From the NCBI GenBank assembly GCA_040954595.2, contig CM082582.2, positions 12,994,327 to 13,058,326 of the forward strand: a stretch of 64,000 nt of DNA, in the 5' to 3' direction. The position numbers and the translations under genes were made by a program. Origin of the DNA: Balanoglossus misakiensis (taxonomy: Eukaryota; Animalia; Hemichordata). Position 1 is the first letter of the stretch. Every line of letters starts with the position of its first letter. Below are positions 40,936-57,167 of this stretch, one piece after another. The notes beneath the pieces were generated by a model that saw nothing but the letters and a program-made list of their open reading frames with translations, had not been told where the DNA came from and did not search any database.

Positions 40936-43900
40936 CTATTGGTCTGGTTTTGCAGTCTCTGCTCTGTTAACTTCTATAACAAGTTTTGGTTCTGAATATA
41001 TTTGACTAATGACAACCTGTTGAAAAAAGGGAAGAAAATGATCAGTCTGATATTAAATATAAAATATGAATATGAGATGTATAAAGACAATAGTGAGTGA
41101 TCCTTTGAGAAGTTTTGTAAGAGTCAAGGCTTTAGTGTTTCTGCAAGTAAACGTAGAAATAAATTTTCCTGTGACTCATGTGAGTATGGAATTGGATATG
41201 TAAATTCCTATGTGTGTGTGTGTGTGACCAACTCTTTTGGGTTGGAAACAAAGCAGGAGATGCCAATTACCTGTCTTTTAATCACTGCAAAATTTTCTTC
41301 AGCCTTTGCTATAAGATCATTGATTTTGACAGAATCTGTGACAGCCTTATTTTCCCTGAAAGCATCTTGTATTCTTCTGTATGCATATGTCCTAAGAAAG
41401 AAACAGCAGAGAAGAGATGTTAGTTACACAATCAGAAAATCTGTCTTTAAAATCTCCATGAGATGCCTCACAGTATTTGGAGATTGTCACATCAATTAAT
41501 GGTTGTCTAACTGCGGCGAGACCTTGAGAATGACTAAATGCAAAGAGACAGATGTTCTATGTTAATGTTTTTCTAAATAAATCTTTGATGGGTTTATTCA
41601 AATTCAAGAGAACAGATTGAGATGTGACCATGATGGTTTGACACCGGGCGTTTGTCTGCCTGACAGGTTCACCACGTGACTTAGTTGCTGATGGCAACAC
41701 ACCTGAACTTGACATTCACATATACAGTCCCTATTCAAATCCACTTGACAGGTCTTGAATGATTTATACAATTAAATTATCACAGGTCCTTTTATATAGG
41801 CACTCTTTGACAAGAGTCTGACAATGGCCGATTTCTCCAAGACCACGGGTGGCAATGCGAGTGATCTATGTCCGGATAATTCATTGCCCATTCTGTGTTT
41901 GAATAACTCTCGGCATGGGTAAAATAAATCAAGATGGCTGAAATAACTTCCTCCCATTTGCCATCATCGGTTAGTGTTAGACCTTATTGTTCATTCTTTC
42001 ATTAACCGGCAAGGCCATTAAGTGGAAAGTGACTTCATGTATGGAATTGTTTTCATACAAATCTCTCGTGGCGCATAAATCTTGCCTGTAATGGACTCAT
42101 CCTTTCAGTAATTTATCTCTGCTTGCTTGCGCTGTGATGTTGATGAATCTTTACCTTTTGACACATCAATGCTCAAGTACACATACAGCTGATAAACTTA
42201 AAAGAGATATTTAGTGCTCGATGAACATTTAGTACAATTTGCCCACTTTACTAATTTATAGGCAAAGGAGGTATGAGTGACTACTGACAGTCTATGAGAA
42301 TGTGTCTACACTATCCCTGTACCAATTCCCATGGTTCTGAATGAAGATGTGTGTAACGCAACGCAATGAAGATGACCATTTGCCAGGGTGATGATGGCAA
42401 TGATTGGGGATTTGGGAATTTAGAGCAACGAGCAACATTTAAAGCTCAAAGGTCTCACAACTGCCTGCAGAAACCTATACCGGTAATTGAGATCCTGCAA
42501 CAAGAGTCAGAAGAAGAATGTTGATCATCCACTTCACCCTGAGGGAAGATGTTAACCCCTATCACTGCACATTACAGCCATCGCAAGTGTCTTTTCATGA
42601 TGATTGGTATTCCACATGCTATTTCCTTCTAATCCTTTTAAATGCAGATTGTGGATCACGGCTGCAGTTTAATAGCGCAAGGTGTTCGATGTATCTGCAA
42701 TTAGCAAGCAGATCTATTGGTGTGAAGTTCCAAGCTCCACACAGACTAATCACATTTCACTATTTACCCGATTGTCGCTTTACTGCAAAACACTTCACGA
42801 TTAAGTAGTGCTTGTCTGCAGGAGAACAACCTGATCTACTTAGATGTTGTGGAGTACCCCTTCTGGACTAATTGCATTCCACTTGCCATCAGTGTTGACA
42901 AGTGTCTAACAGCATATTAGTCCATGGAATTCTCAGTGTTTGCATCTTGTTTCGTGTGGGACGGCAACAGATTCAGTGTACGCTCAGGAATTCAACAATT
43001 CATTACATTCACACTGGGTAGTAACACAACATTACCGCATAGAATATTCAGGGTTACTAGTACAAAACAATTCCAAACAATGGTGAATTCAGTCATGATT
43101 GGAAAGATGATGTTTTTATGTGGTTTTCTGTGGATATTTCCCCTGGGATGTGTTCTACCTCAAGAGGGCTCTTTTCAATTTCCTATACCGTACTTCAAAT
43201 GTCTCTTCAGTCAAAACCCTGCAATCATAACTGCAATTTGTTTTCCCAGGGTAAGAGAAAGTCCCTGGATCTCTGACTACACATACAACCTTGAATTTCA
43301 ACAGACAGCGAGACCCCCTGGGATCAGGCAGCGCAACCGTCATTTTTCTACACATTTAAATCAAAATGGCGACAATGAACGGACGGCAATTCAATCAAAC
43401 AGCAATAAAGTTACACAAGCAAACTTGAAAAAGAGCTTACACAATGCTAATGACCGTATAACAAAATTTCCAATCATAAAGAGTTCAGATCCTACCATCC
43501 ATAGTGTACACAGTATTATATTATCTTTTCTCATTTTCTGCCTGATAGCAACTGATGCTTAACAAAGCATCCGGGCAAAATGACCTCACTTTAGAGACAC
43601 CGGCATCATTTATCTTCAGTTGACATACGACTAGTCACGATGTTCCATTAACGTCAACCGAAGTAATCTATAAGCGTTTCCTGTCCTGGAGCTAGCTCGG
43701 AGGACCATTAAATTTTTTTTTACCGACTAGCTCTTAATTCCCGTTGATGCTTTACAGGACAGATACGACTGAGATTTTTACAATGACTTTTAATGCGAGG
43801 AATCCTGATGTCTGGGCTGAGAGCGAAAAACAGCCTTCAGATTATTCACATTTTAGTATTATGACAGTTTTTCAGCCATTATAATTTAATACATCTACTC

Positions 43901-45457
43901 ACATACATATTCCAGTTTCAGAGTATTGCATTCACAAAGGACACTCGGTGTAGCGCCATGACATTTTTTTCCCTGGGCCTTAATCTTCCCCCTTAGACTC
44001 AGATATGTTCATTAATTTAATATACTGTAAAACACTTAATTTTCGCGAGCAATTAATTTTCGCCAAATACGCGAGAGCCAAAATATCGTGAAAATAAAAA
44101 GTCGCGTAAATTGTTTTTGAAGATAACGATGCAGTGAATGAAATAAGAGAACGCGAAAATTAATACTCGCGAAACAGTGGCCTCTCTCGATAACGCGAAA
44201 AATTTAACTCGCGAAAATTAAGTGTTTTACAGTATACATACAAATTTAACAACTCACCTTGCATAAAATTTCTTTCTTCCATTCACCAGTTAAAACTACT
44301 CAGCTATCCGAGAATTTCTGATATATCCATGTTCTAACATTTTCACGTCTGATATTTTATCAAAATATTTGCACTGAGAAATTGCTTCACAGCAGCAATC
44401 AACAGTTTCTGTTTGACATTTCAATTTGATTGGGATTCCGTTCATACTTTGGTAAGCTGCTGGCTTTCATTTGTAATGTTTTCACCAGATGCAGTGTCAC
44501 AAGTTGAAAAGGTTCTTGAATTAATTGGATGTGTCAACTATCGGCAACCAGTGTTTGCGTGGTTGTGTTAATGATACAGGTATAGGCATCGTACATACGG
44601 GCAGGAATGGTGGTATCTGGTAGTGTTTCACTCTGGAAACAAACCCAGAACTACTTTCATCTATAACACTTTCAACCATAACGTCTAGTTAAATATCTTG
44701 AGCTACTTGAGCTCATGCCCATAGTTCCACATTCTGACAATGTACAGCTCAACTTCCACATTTTTTTTGACATACAGCCCTGCCAAGCAGAGCTATACCG
44801 GGCTATATCTGGAACTATCTATACAATGACTAATTAAGTATATGTGGAACAATTTATATAATGACAAATACTGGTAAGTAAAATGATCAATTATGTAAAA
44901 ATTAATGTTAATTAATTAAATAATGAGTGAGTGAGTGGGTGAGAGAGTGACATTCAACAATTTCCAGTACATGTGACAAAGACAAAGAAATTGTCCATTT
45001 TGGACGCATAGTGGCGCTATTACTGAAACAGAACGAGGCAGGCCATTAGCTTACGTCACGCAACACGGACGTTCGTCATGTTCGTAGCGGACGCGGACAA
45101 TCTTCATTGTCACGCATTCTAGTGGTTGTGCGCATTTATAATTTGCTGTACATGTATATCATTCTCGTTGGCAGCAGTGTTATCGTTTCATTTTCTGGAG
45201 TGGTGTTATGAAAAGCAATCCTGTCTGCCCCGGGACCATGCCAAACGCGACCGAGCGCACCTGAACTTGTGTCGTGCCCGCTGTAGTGCTCTTAAAACCG
45301 CTTGTTTCATGGTCCAGGAATCGCGCTTTATCATTCAGCATTGCTCAAACTGTTTGGAATAATCTAGAATTTCTCACCGAAAATTGTATCCCGTGAATTT
45401 CTTTGATTCCCGCAGCATTTGTTTATATAAACTTAACACTTTCATTCTAGACGACAT
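40936..45457 (-). CDS. LYRM4: LYR motif protein 4 / ISD11 (Fe-S cluster assembly), 93 aa; exons 45457-45378, 41391-41271, 41016-40936
   Basis: Manual splice gives [93 protein letters not shown], the ISD11 signature. All junctions are GT-AG and in frame. Missed by the ORF track. Confidence 0.93.
44025..44232. mobile_element. MITE / non-autonomous DNA transposon (208 bp) in LYRM4 intron 1
   Basis: Perfect 25-bp terminal inverted repeats CTGTAAAACACTTAATTTTCGCGAG / CTCGCGAAAATTAAGTGTTTTACAG flanked by TA on both sides, with internal CGCGAAAA subrepeats. Confidence 0.88.
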
Positions 45458-46062
45458 CGTCAGCCTAGCAGAAATCCAGCAGATGATTTATTTCCCATGA
45501 ATCTATGCCATGATACCCCTTAACCACGCAATTATTATAATTAATAACTCGCGTTTATACACTACAACCATTTTCCAACTTCCCCAAAAGTTCACACCAA
45601 TAAAATTAAAGTTTTTCCGGATATTGTTTTCGTATTACCGGAAGCTGCAGCTTATCTTCTTTCCGTTGGGATGGCCATGTTCTGTTTTAAAGGTGCTCTA
45701 GGGTGTCAAAACATGGCGGCTTCCATTTAACATGTGAGTAAGTGGGCATGTTGCACATAAAATGTCTTTGGCGGTCCATTCTCGCTTAACTTCAGGGGGT
45801 GGGAATTGTTAAAAGATAACAACTGGGGAGGGGTCGATATTTCCAATTTAACATGCATTCTTCGTGGAAAGGAAAACGTTGTCTGCTACTTAAATGAGGG
45901 CGCCCTATCTACACTAACATGTGTATCCCAGGTGTCATGGACCTTACCACAATGTGGGTGCTTTAATAGCTTGAAGTTGAGGTTTATCCATTTCTTGTAA
46001 TGATCTACAGGTATGGATGGTTAACATTTAACAAAGGAGGAAGAAAACACTCATTTCAACAG
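45458..46062. promoter_or_regulatory. Bidirectional promoter region LYRM4/FARS2 with probable non-coding first FARS2 exon
   Basis: Head-to-head ATGs ~610 bp apart. ETS-like CCGGAAG (~45638), YY1-like AAACATGGCGGC (~45709), donor GTGAGT (~45734), acceptor CAACAG at 46062. Confidence 0.6.
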
Positions 46063-46067
46063 TGAAG

Positions 46068-47964
<1,897 letters not shown>

Positions 47965-48607
47965 AAAAGTAAAGCACAGTAGAATATGAATGTATTTCTT
48001 GGTATGATTTTCAACTTCACAAATATGTACATTTCTCTTAAAAGGAATAAAATTAATTTTCATAATAAATTTTGTACACATAATTTATGACAAATTCAAT
48101 ACACAATTCTCACAGCTTCAAATATAAGTGATTATATTTCAGTGCATGACTGACAGAACAGAAATTCAAATATTACTTTGATTTTTCAATGAATATGGCT
48201 TCTTAAGTCTACACTGTCTCAAAGCTTGCAGGAGTGCTATTCAATTTAGTTCCGAACCTGCTATAAAGCTGGAGATCTTCATGCCTTTCAAATACTCCTC
48301 ACCCACTCTGGACACAAAGTATTAGCACATTCTCATTCCTGCACAAGACGCACACGGGTATATAGAAAATGGCCGCCCACCAGCGAAAAAGCAAAAACCA
48401 GCTGTGGGTAAGAGACCATCTGACTGTGAAAATAACAAGTACAATGGAAAATTTCCTGTGTGAATGTAAATTGCTCTGCACATAACCAGTCATAATGGTC
48501 CCATTTGCTGCCTAATTAAAAACATTTCTTCATCTCTGAGGTCTTCCATCCCCATTCCTGTCTTCATCCAAGACTTCATTCTGATGGTAGGTATCAGCCT
48601 CTATGCA

Positions 48608-51600
48608 TCATGGCTTTGTAATGCATTTCATATCCGAGAGTACCAGCTTCCTGTAATTGTGCTCAAGTTGCTGCATGAAGTCGATGTAGTTTCCCACATG
48701 GAAACCTCGGATTGGTTCTTCCTGTAAGGAAATATGGCAGAAGATGAACGATGGTCACGATATCTAGTCTGACCCTCACAGAAGCTCAAACCCAATTCAG
48801 CCAATACTCAATCCTACCTTCAAATACACCTGTAAATCCTTATGCTGTGCATGTAGCAACAGACTCTGCTGCAAGTGTTTGAATATAGCCACGCAGATGT
48901 ACACCTGGTAATCGGCTCCCATCAGAATACACACACAGATGTAGTGGCAGACATCTTGCCAGTCGAGGTAGTTCCAGAAACACTGACGCAACCAATGCTG
49001 GCAAATCTGGAATAGGATTTGAAAACAATATGTACATTTGGAGATATTTCGGTCATATATGCACCTACAGAGAAACCCGGTGCATTCCAGCACTGAACAG
49101 AGAAGTTTATTTACCTGTGAACATGTGTATCCACTCATTTTGAAGGCAGAGAACACCAGCGGCACCTCGGTTTGTAGCAGAAGCTCGATGTGATGTCCAG
49201 ATGTGGAGAACAACGGCGGGATGCCACTGACGGTCAGCTGAGGTGGGACTTGCATCTGATAAAGCATTTCAGAAATTGCATATATTTAATTTAGAATACA
49301 TCTCATCTGCAGTAGAGGGGGGTACTATGAAAAGGACAGTATTGTGAATACTTACCGAGTTGTGGAGCCTCGGTAACCACAGATACGCTGACGCTACCAG
49401 GGTGGAGAATTTATGGAGGAAGTTCCAACTCTTCTCTCTGTTCCCAGACATCATCAAAAACATGGTGGACACAAACCAGTCATATCCCATGTATTCTTGT
49501 TGCAAGAAAGCTGTCAGTTTTTGTAGTCAAGGAAAGATTCAAAGCCAAAACACATCTGAGAGCAATCTAACCATTGAATAATTTCTCTGTATAAATAAAA
49601 AATGTGAGTTGAAGCTCCTAAACATCATAGTTCATTAAAGGCATGTTTTCTTTCTATATATGGTCATAGGGATTGAATTCTGGGCCTTTAATGAATCAAA
49701 GGATACACAGCTCTGAATCTGTCTGTCTTTGTTGTTGTTTGAGATAGTGCCTGCTCTGTTTAATCAGCAAACTCAGTTTCTCAGTGCTGTCACTACTGTT
49801 GGTTAGTATCTTCAAATGCTGACCGTACCTGCAGAAATGAAAATATATCATGAATACATGATACTGCTGTTATTAGGTGCCCTTTTTAGGTGGATATATA
49901 AAAATTTCAAATACCACAAAAAATGTCTTTTTACCTCACAGACATTTTGATACCCAGTACTTGAATCTCTGGTAACTTGTGTGCTTTCAGTTGACTATCA
50001 GAGCCAGTGTATTCTTTCAGTGGGAAGATGCTTTCATCAGGAATCTTTGTGAGTGCCCCCATTATTCTCTCCAACATGTCAACCAATACTGCAAGAAAAT
50101 ATCACAATAATCAATCTTTCCTTCACTATATTTTGGTATTATGTTTCCAGCAATGGCCTGGTTGAACACACAGGACTGGTTTCAAAACACATCCACCCAA
50201 GAGTGGTCTCACATATGATTCCACTTACCTTTGCCAGTTGCAAGGTCTGCCTTCCTGCTCAACAAACTGCAAAATGTTTTCTTACATTTGTCCAGCCACA
50301 AAACACTGGCTTCTTCCGTTCTGGTGCTGTTCAGGAACTTTGTGAGTTCATTCTCTGTTCAAAATAATGAAACATTTTTTTCAGTATTGTAATATTTACA
50401 TGTACATCTTATCAATACATGTGTAATAATATTACAATGAGTTTCCCCAAAAAACTCTCTAACTTAACAATGTAACTTGTAAGACCTGTCAATGATACCT
50501 TGTTTCATAGCTGATGGTCTTGTCATCTGAGGCGTGTATGGCTTGGGTACTGGGAACTGGGAGAATAACGGCCATGAATATGGATTATCCATGTCTTTCA
50601 AGGATCTGGGAGGTAACACTCTCTCTGTTGGACCTCCTACGATGTAACTACGTATCAGCACATGGTTTCGTTCCACAGACAACATGTCTATGATGAATTC
50701 ATCACTCCTGGAATCAAAATATCAGATTTATGTGTCAATAAAGACTGCAATGGCCATCCCCAATTATCACTACTGAGTATCAGTGCCATTTCTAACTATC
50801 ACATGGTAATACTAGTAAATGAATAAAGTTATCTGTCTCTTTAACCCTGTGCAGTTTAGGCATCAGCAACCAAGGACTTTGACAATGCCACTTTAATATT
50901 GTATGGGCAATGCTACCTTAATATTGTAAGTTGTACGTAAAGCCTTTCTTTGCCTACTCACCCTTCATCTCGTCTGCTTCTATTCATCTGTTGACTCTGC
51001 AGTAACATGTCTTGTATTTTGTACTGGCTTTCCAACAACAGAACAGAATCCAGACAACAACACAAGATGCTAAGAACCCTGTAAAGCACAATAATAAACA
51101 AAATGATATCATATAAGATTCCATGCTACCAAGAGAAAATATATTTATATGACTTTACTCTCTAATCAACATTTCACCACAATACACAAAAAAATCCATT
51201 TTTACCTGAGACCAAACACTTGGGATTGTTCTACATTGAAAAGTGAGTGTATTTTGCTTGGTGTGTCTACCATAATCAGCCGGTCAATTAAATCCTGTAA
51301 AACAAACAAACAAGCAAACAAACAAATGAAAGAATATATACATATAGTTCATTTGATCATTAGATAGTGAATTCAGCCTAATCTTTACAAGTGAGTGAAT
51401 CCAGAAACTTACCGGTATTGTGTTTGGAATGTCCCTGAATGAATAAGTTTCTTTGTTGGCCAGTGGTTGGTTGGCGATGGCTTCAAAGACGGCAGGATAC
51501 GCTGATAATACATTCACTAATGTCATCAGAGACTGTAAGTACAATTAAAACCATTTATGATTCAGACTGAAATTTTTTCAGCATCATAACTGTAATTGAT

Positions 51601-54600
51601 GTGATGTGGTGTGGCATTCTATGTTTTACTAGTTTGGTTTATGGGCTTGTCTATAGGAACAACACGGCATGACTCACTGCTATAGGATTCTACATGTCTT
51701 ACCTTGTGTGCAGTCCTGTCTATAGGATCTACAGGAGTAGCAACTGGTCGTATGATTCTCTTGTCATCTGGGCCACACTCCAACACTGACCATAATTCAG
51801 TCAACATTGCTGTGATAAATCCTGCACTTTGTAGAGCTACCATACCGGGTCCTGTGGCTGCTATCTGTGTTACCATGGTACCATATCCAAATTTCTCATG
51901 TTTACTCACCTATGTAAGATAGTCATAAAATGTACCCGTCACTATTTGACCTAATTCTCATACCAGTACCTCATGGGCATGGATAGCAGGGTTTGAAGAT
52001 CCCCACTGTATAAAGAATACTAGGATTCCATTTTGTTGAAAAAAACTTGGAAACAAATGTCATTATTTTGCTGAAAAATCTTACCTGTAATTTCTTGGCA
52101 TATCTTACATACATGTATTGTACACACTCATTGATGGCACCGGTTTGTTGTAACATTAACAAACCCTGAAAAAGAAAATTGAACAAAAGATAATTGGCAC
52201 TGTGTACACTGCTTGTCACAGATATCACCACCACTGCCATCATTTTCACCACCATCGCCACCAAGATAATATACAGATACCCACTTACCTTTGGAGTGCC
52301 AGCAAAATTTAACAAATTATCCAATAGTGTTTCTTCCCATGCAATGACATCAATAGACTCTTGTTTGCTGCTCTGAGAAGTGGTTTCCCCGTCAGAGTCT
52401 GCTCTTGGTGTGGGTGCTCTGTCCACTTCACTACTTGCCTACAACAACAGAAACATACATGAAAGTTAGCTACACTACAATCTACCAAAAAGTCTCCCAA
52501 AGATTATTCAACTCTACCCTATCTCCCTGGAAACAGCAAAGAGTAAAACTGGAATGAAATAAATTCCCATTACCTCTCTCCAGGCATCAGCAATATATGT
52601 ATGTAATCCATACGGGTAGAGAACATGTAAGCCTTCACAGTTACTGTATAACTGTCTGGAGATGAATACATATGCACCAATCACAGATCTGGAAGGAGGT
52701 GGACCACACTGGCTGGGCAGAGAGCGACTCAGGGCTTTCTTGGCAAATTCGGCAATCGTGTGTACAGCTGCTTTTCTGTAAATGAATAAATGCATCAATA
52801 ATTATTTTCAGTAAAACACTTCATCTGCTCTCAATAATTCTTCTTCACTTTTTATATACAATGTATATCACATAGTAGCATGACAAAGAAAAGAGTTTGT
52901 TATCTTTCATGCCAAAGCCATACAATGTCACTCAATGTCACTACAAAATATTTTCACTTACTTGTTATGTTGTAATCGTCCTTTCGATTCACCATACAGT
53001 AAGATGTGTCTCCCACACTGTGATGATGCTAGTACTGATAAGATGTCAGCTATGTGAAGTAATGTTGCATCTTTGCTCTGTATAAAATTAAGTATAAATG
53101 TGTTCATATTGAGTCAAAGTTTGATCACTTCTTTTCATGAAGAAGCTGGCCATGTTTCCTGTTGCCTCTGCATGGTATATAAAATTGATTCACCTCACCT
53201 TTTTTCCTTTCAGGTACATTTTCAGTGGACTGATCAATTCACCGATGATTTTGTTTTTCCACATACAGGCAGCACACACAGCTTGGAATGCAGACAGGGT
53301 CTTCAACAAATCAGTGACCAGATTGCCAGGGTCAAAGGTTGCTGTGAAAAGAAAACAACCAATCGGTGTCAAGACTTCTCAGGTCAAGAGATCAAACTTA
53401 AACACACACACACACAATGTGGCTATCCATGGAATACAAGTGACTAAAATTCCACTCCTAACACAAACTCTGTGAGGTAGTCATCCATTCATTCATCCAA
53501 AATATCATGACTTACAAACCTGCTTTCGTCGAGAGCTCAGAACCCCCATCGGACAGTAGCATGATCAATGAAACTAACAAATCTGTTATAGATACTGCAA
53601 ATAAAACAGATAAACAAATATTAAACTTTGTATCTTCTAGTAGATTGGTCTGACCATATCCAATGTACATGTACATCTTGCACACATTTCATATGTCTCA
53701 TAAAATCAGATAAATTGTAATAAATTTACCTTCTTTGTCACCGTGTTTGATGGGAAAGAATTGTCTGCCATTGCTGTAGAGTAACACGACTCCAACAATA
53801 CTTAGACAGTGTACGAAATATAAATACTCCAATTCCTTTGCGGTGAATGTTTTTCTTCTTCCTTCACCTACAATCAACAAAACATTTGATTTTAATCAAT
53901 GAAACTACACTTTGAGATATGAGCTTTGTTGGTTATGAAGAGACTGAACATAACAGAAGTAATATCTAACCTATTTTAGCTTTCTTCATTTTTTCTGTGA
54001 CTTCGCTGACCCGATCTAGTCCAGATCTTCTCTCTGATATGAATTCCATCAGGAAAATGACACAGGTTTCAATCTGCAGTGAAAAGAATTGAACCAGTGT
54101 CAAATAACGTCAACTGCGACTACTTTTTAGTAAAAATTGATTGATTGATTGATTGATTGACAGACTTACTAAAATTTGGTATTTTTCCAAGATTCGAAGC
54201 ATTGCTGTTCTGCTATAATTCCCATGCTGTAAATATAAATAAACCAATGAGTGACATGATAAAATGGATTTGAAGCGAAGTTAAAATCAGCAGCAGAATA
54301 AACTGTTACAGTGTACATATTGCCAAAAATATTAATCATGTGTATTGCATTGCATATAAGCCTCCTCCACCAAGTTTTTGTACATACCATCCATTTTCTG
54401 AACCAAGTTGCTTTAGGATCTAACACAGCCAAATAATGCAGAGGTGTCATAGTGTCCTTGGAACTTGCAGAATCTGAAGAGTTGGTAGCCAGCAGTGACA
54501 GCGTACATTCTATGATATCATCCAGAAACCTGAAAAAAAATGTGAATTGTAAACACACACAGTTCTCTTAATTTCTCTTCATTCAGAAGGCAGGACAAAG

Positions 54601-56658
54601 TTTCAGTCTAAATTTCTTTCTCAGTGTTTTTATCTCGTCACAGTGAGTTCAAAAAATTACAAAATTTGAGCCTGAGTGTTAACAATATAACTTACTTTTC
54701 TGGATATCGAACCCAGTAAGCAGGTACTTGCAGTTGGAACTCATTGACCAGCCTGAACTGTAACACAAAATATCTTCAGTTACTAAACTGGTTTCATGAC
54801 CACAGCATAAAAGAAGAAAAATGAAAAAAAATCACTGGAAAACATACCTTTCTCAGTATTCTTTCCAGTGTAGGGTCAACTGCATTCAACCCATCAGCAA
54901 TGGGTATACTGGCTTTACTTTTGCGACTTTTGAAGAGCGTTTCAAGATGATCAGCTGTGAAATGCAAATAGATGACATCTATGAAGAAATCTGACATTCA
55001 AGGGATCATGAAAATGGGTTAAACGGATCACAGTGGTGGAAGTCAAATGATAAACTCTGTGCAGACTTACTGAGATTGTTGTAGACCTCCTTGGTAACAT
55101 TATGAGACGAGGCAGAAAACATCCTTGCATGGAACAGCAAACTCATGTCCTGTCATTCAAAACACAATAATAGATGAATTATTATCAGATGGAAGAACTG
55201 TACGATACATGATCGTATGACAGTTAAACCAGGGCAAAGAAGCAGACGAGTTGATATTTCAGGTATTATTTTTGATAACCAAAACCAGTATCATTATGGA
55301 CACATACTTACCCCTAAAACATCATCATCATCAGCAAGGGCCATCATAAGTCCTTCTTTCAAATTACTCCACTGGTCACACACAATCACATCTGTTGGTG
55401 GGATCTGACACAGCTGATGTAATGCTTCTTGTCTTGTCTATGGGGAAATAAAATCATTTTTACAATGGCTTCAGTTCCTGGTCTGAAAAAACATTGCATT
55501 ACTCAAGAAGTTGATGGATGAAAGAAGGATAAAACTGATAAAAAAAAATTGTTTCATGTTTACATACAATTTGACTTGAAATTAATACACTGGAACACAG
55601 AGAAAATGTGGCCTTACCTGTAAAGGATTATCAATATCCATATTTCTTGCAATCAACTGAAACTTTTCTTGATTTGGAAACATATACTCTTGCTGTAAGA
55701 GAAAAAGCTTTGACACAATGATCTTCCATGTTAGGAACTGTTCACTTTAGAAGCATTGATAAATTTAATTCACATGGACTCCCTTCTTTAAATATAATTT
55801 GGCAAAGTGTTTCAATACTGATTTCAGAAAATTTTCACATTCATATTTGCACACATACCTGATTGAACGACGATTCAAATGATGAGCTGTCATCACTAAA
55901 AGGAAATGCTGTTTTCCTTGGACTCTGTCTTCCTTCTAGTACCTTCCTCTCCTTGGCGACATCTTCATCAAATGTCTCAAGGAGTCGATCTACAGCATCT
56001 TTGGTTTTCTCTTTCAATGATTGGGTCAGCTTGGCATATCTGTGTATACAAGTTCAATGTCTGGAATTATAATAGAATTTCTATAAAATTTAACTTAAAC
56101 TTTCTTTTCAGGAAGATGTGATGCACAGCTGACCTTTGCATAGCTTGGCTTGACTTAGCATAAGAGTGCACACAGCTTTGAGTGATGCAGCACAGTTGAG
56201 AGACTTACTCTGGTGAATTGACCACTCTCTCTGTGATAGTTCTAATTACTTCTTCTTCACCACCACCCTTTCCTCGACTTTCTAACATTCTCTTCTCAAT
56301 CTCATCATCCATCAGGCCACTCATGGAGTCACTGATTTTACTTCTCAGATATTTCACAAACTCATATCTGTAGATGAAGGAAAAAAAATCAATGTTTGGG
56401 CACATTCATGTTTGGTTAGGGAATGGATGCACAGTTATAACACCAGTTCATACTCCTTTCACAAGGGGTAGTCTGTGGATGTGTCCAATATCATACATAT
56501 GACCTCGAACTTCTTTACCTGTGGAAGTTTTCATCTGTCTCTTCTAAATGTAGCAGCATTTCCTCTGCTTCTGTCACATTGTTGGCAGAACGTATGTTTG
56601 GCTCTACTTTGCTCACCAACTGACGAACACTAGGAAGAAGATCTTCTTCCTCTGCCAT
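48608..56658 (-). CDS. TBC1D32: Protein broad-minded / TBC1 domain family member 32 (ciliary), ~30 exons
   Basis: N-terminus [24 protein letters not shown], internal [17 protein letters not shown] and [14 protein letters not shown]-terminal [17 protein letters not shown] ... [20 protein letters not shown]. Regular short GT-AG introns. Confidence 0.9.
49511..49706 (-). other. U12-type (minor spliceosome) GT-AG intron in TBC1D32
   Basis: 5' site GTATCCTTTG at 49706. Branch point TTTCCTTGAC at 49535-49526, ~13 nt before the AG. No polypyrimidine tract. Splicing restores the frame (DSEL|[13 protein letters not shown]). Confidence 0.9.
54137..54160. repeat. (GATT)n microsatellite in a TBC1D32 intron
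   Basis: TTGATTGATTGATTGATTGATTGA next to a splice donor. Confidence 0.85.
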
Positions 56659-57167
56659 TTTCTCAGATTGTGGTGACAAACTGTAGCATGAGTATAAACA
56701 ACAACAACGTGAAAATAAACAAGTTAGACTGCAAACAGAGTAATACAGTAACACAAGAAAGTTTGACCTTTAATACGAAGTACCCTACGACACAGGCGGT
56801 AGAAGCATGAGCTGGGCTCTGTGACCCTCGCGTACAAACGTCAGATAGTCACTCGGTTCTAAATGATGGGGTAATGAGTGTGTACACTCTGCATGGACGC
56901 ATCATCTTTTAGCTAAGTCGGCTTTCTAATTTTTCATGACAGTTGTCTGAGCCAGGTTTCCATAAAAGCGAACCTCAATTATCTGTACGCTTAAATTAAA
57001 CTAAGAAACAATAACTGAATTATCGCTTTACCTCGCAATATTATCTTGATGTTGGTGTTGTCAACGTACACAAAGCCGCCATTTTCCTTTGGTATGAGAC
57101 CCTTTAACTATGTTCATATTATATTTAGAGTAACCTAGGTGGTCATGTCAAAGGTGAATGCTCAGTC
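56659..57167. promoter_or_regulatory. Bidirectional promoter region TBC1D32 / uncharacterised gene
   Basis: Divergent start codons ~510 bp apart, local CpG increase, YY1-like GCCGCCATTTT at ~57075, and a minus-strand donor at ~57031 suggesting a non-coding first exon of TBC1D32. Confidence 0.55.

Noticed and set aside
42924-43562. 212-aa plus-strand ORF inside LYRM4 intron 1
   Set aside because: No motif or family resemblance and random-like composition. Cannot be supported without expression data.
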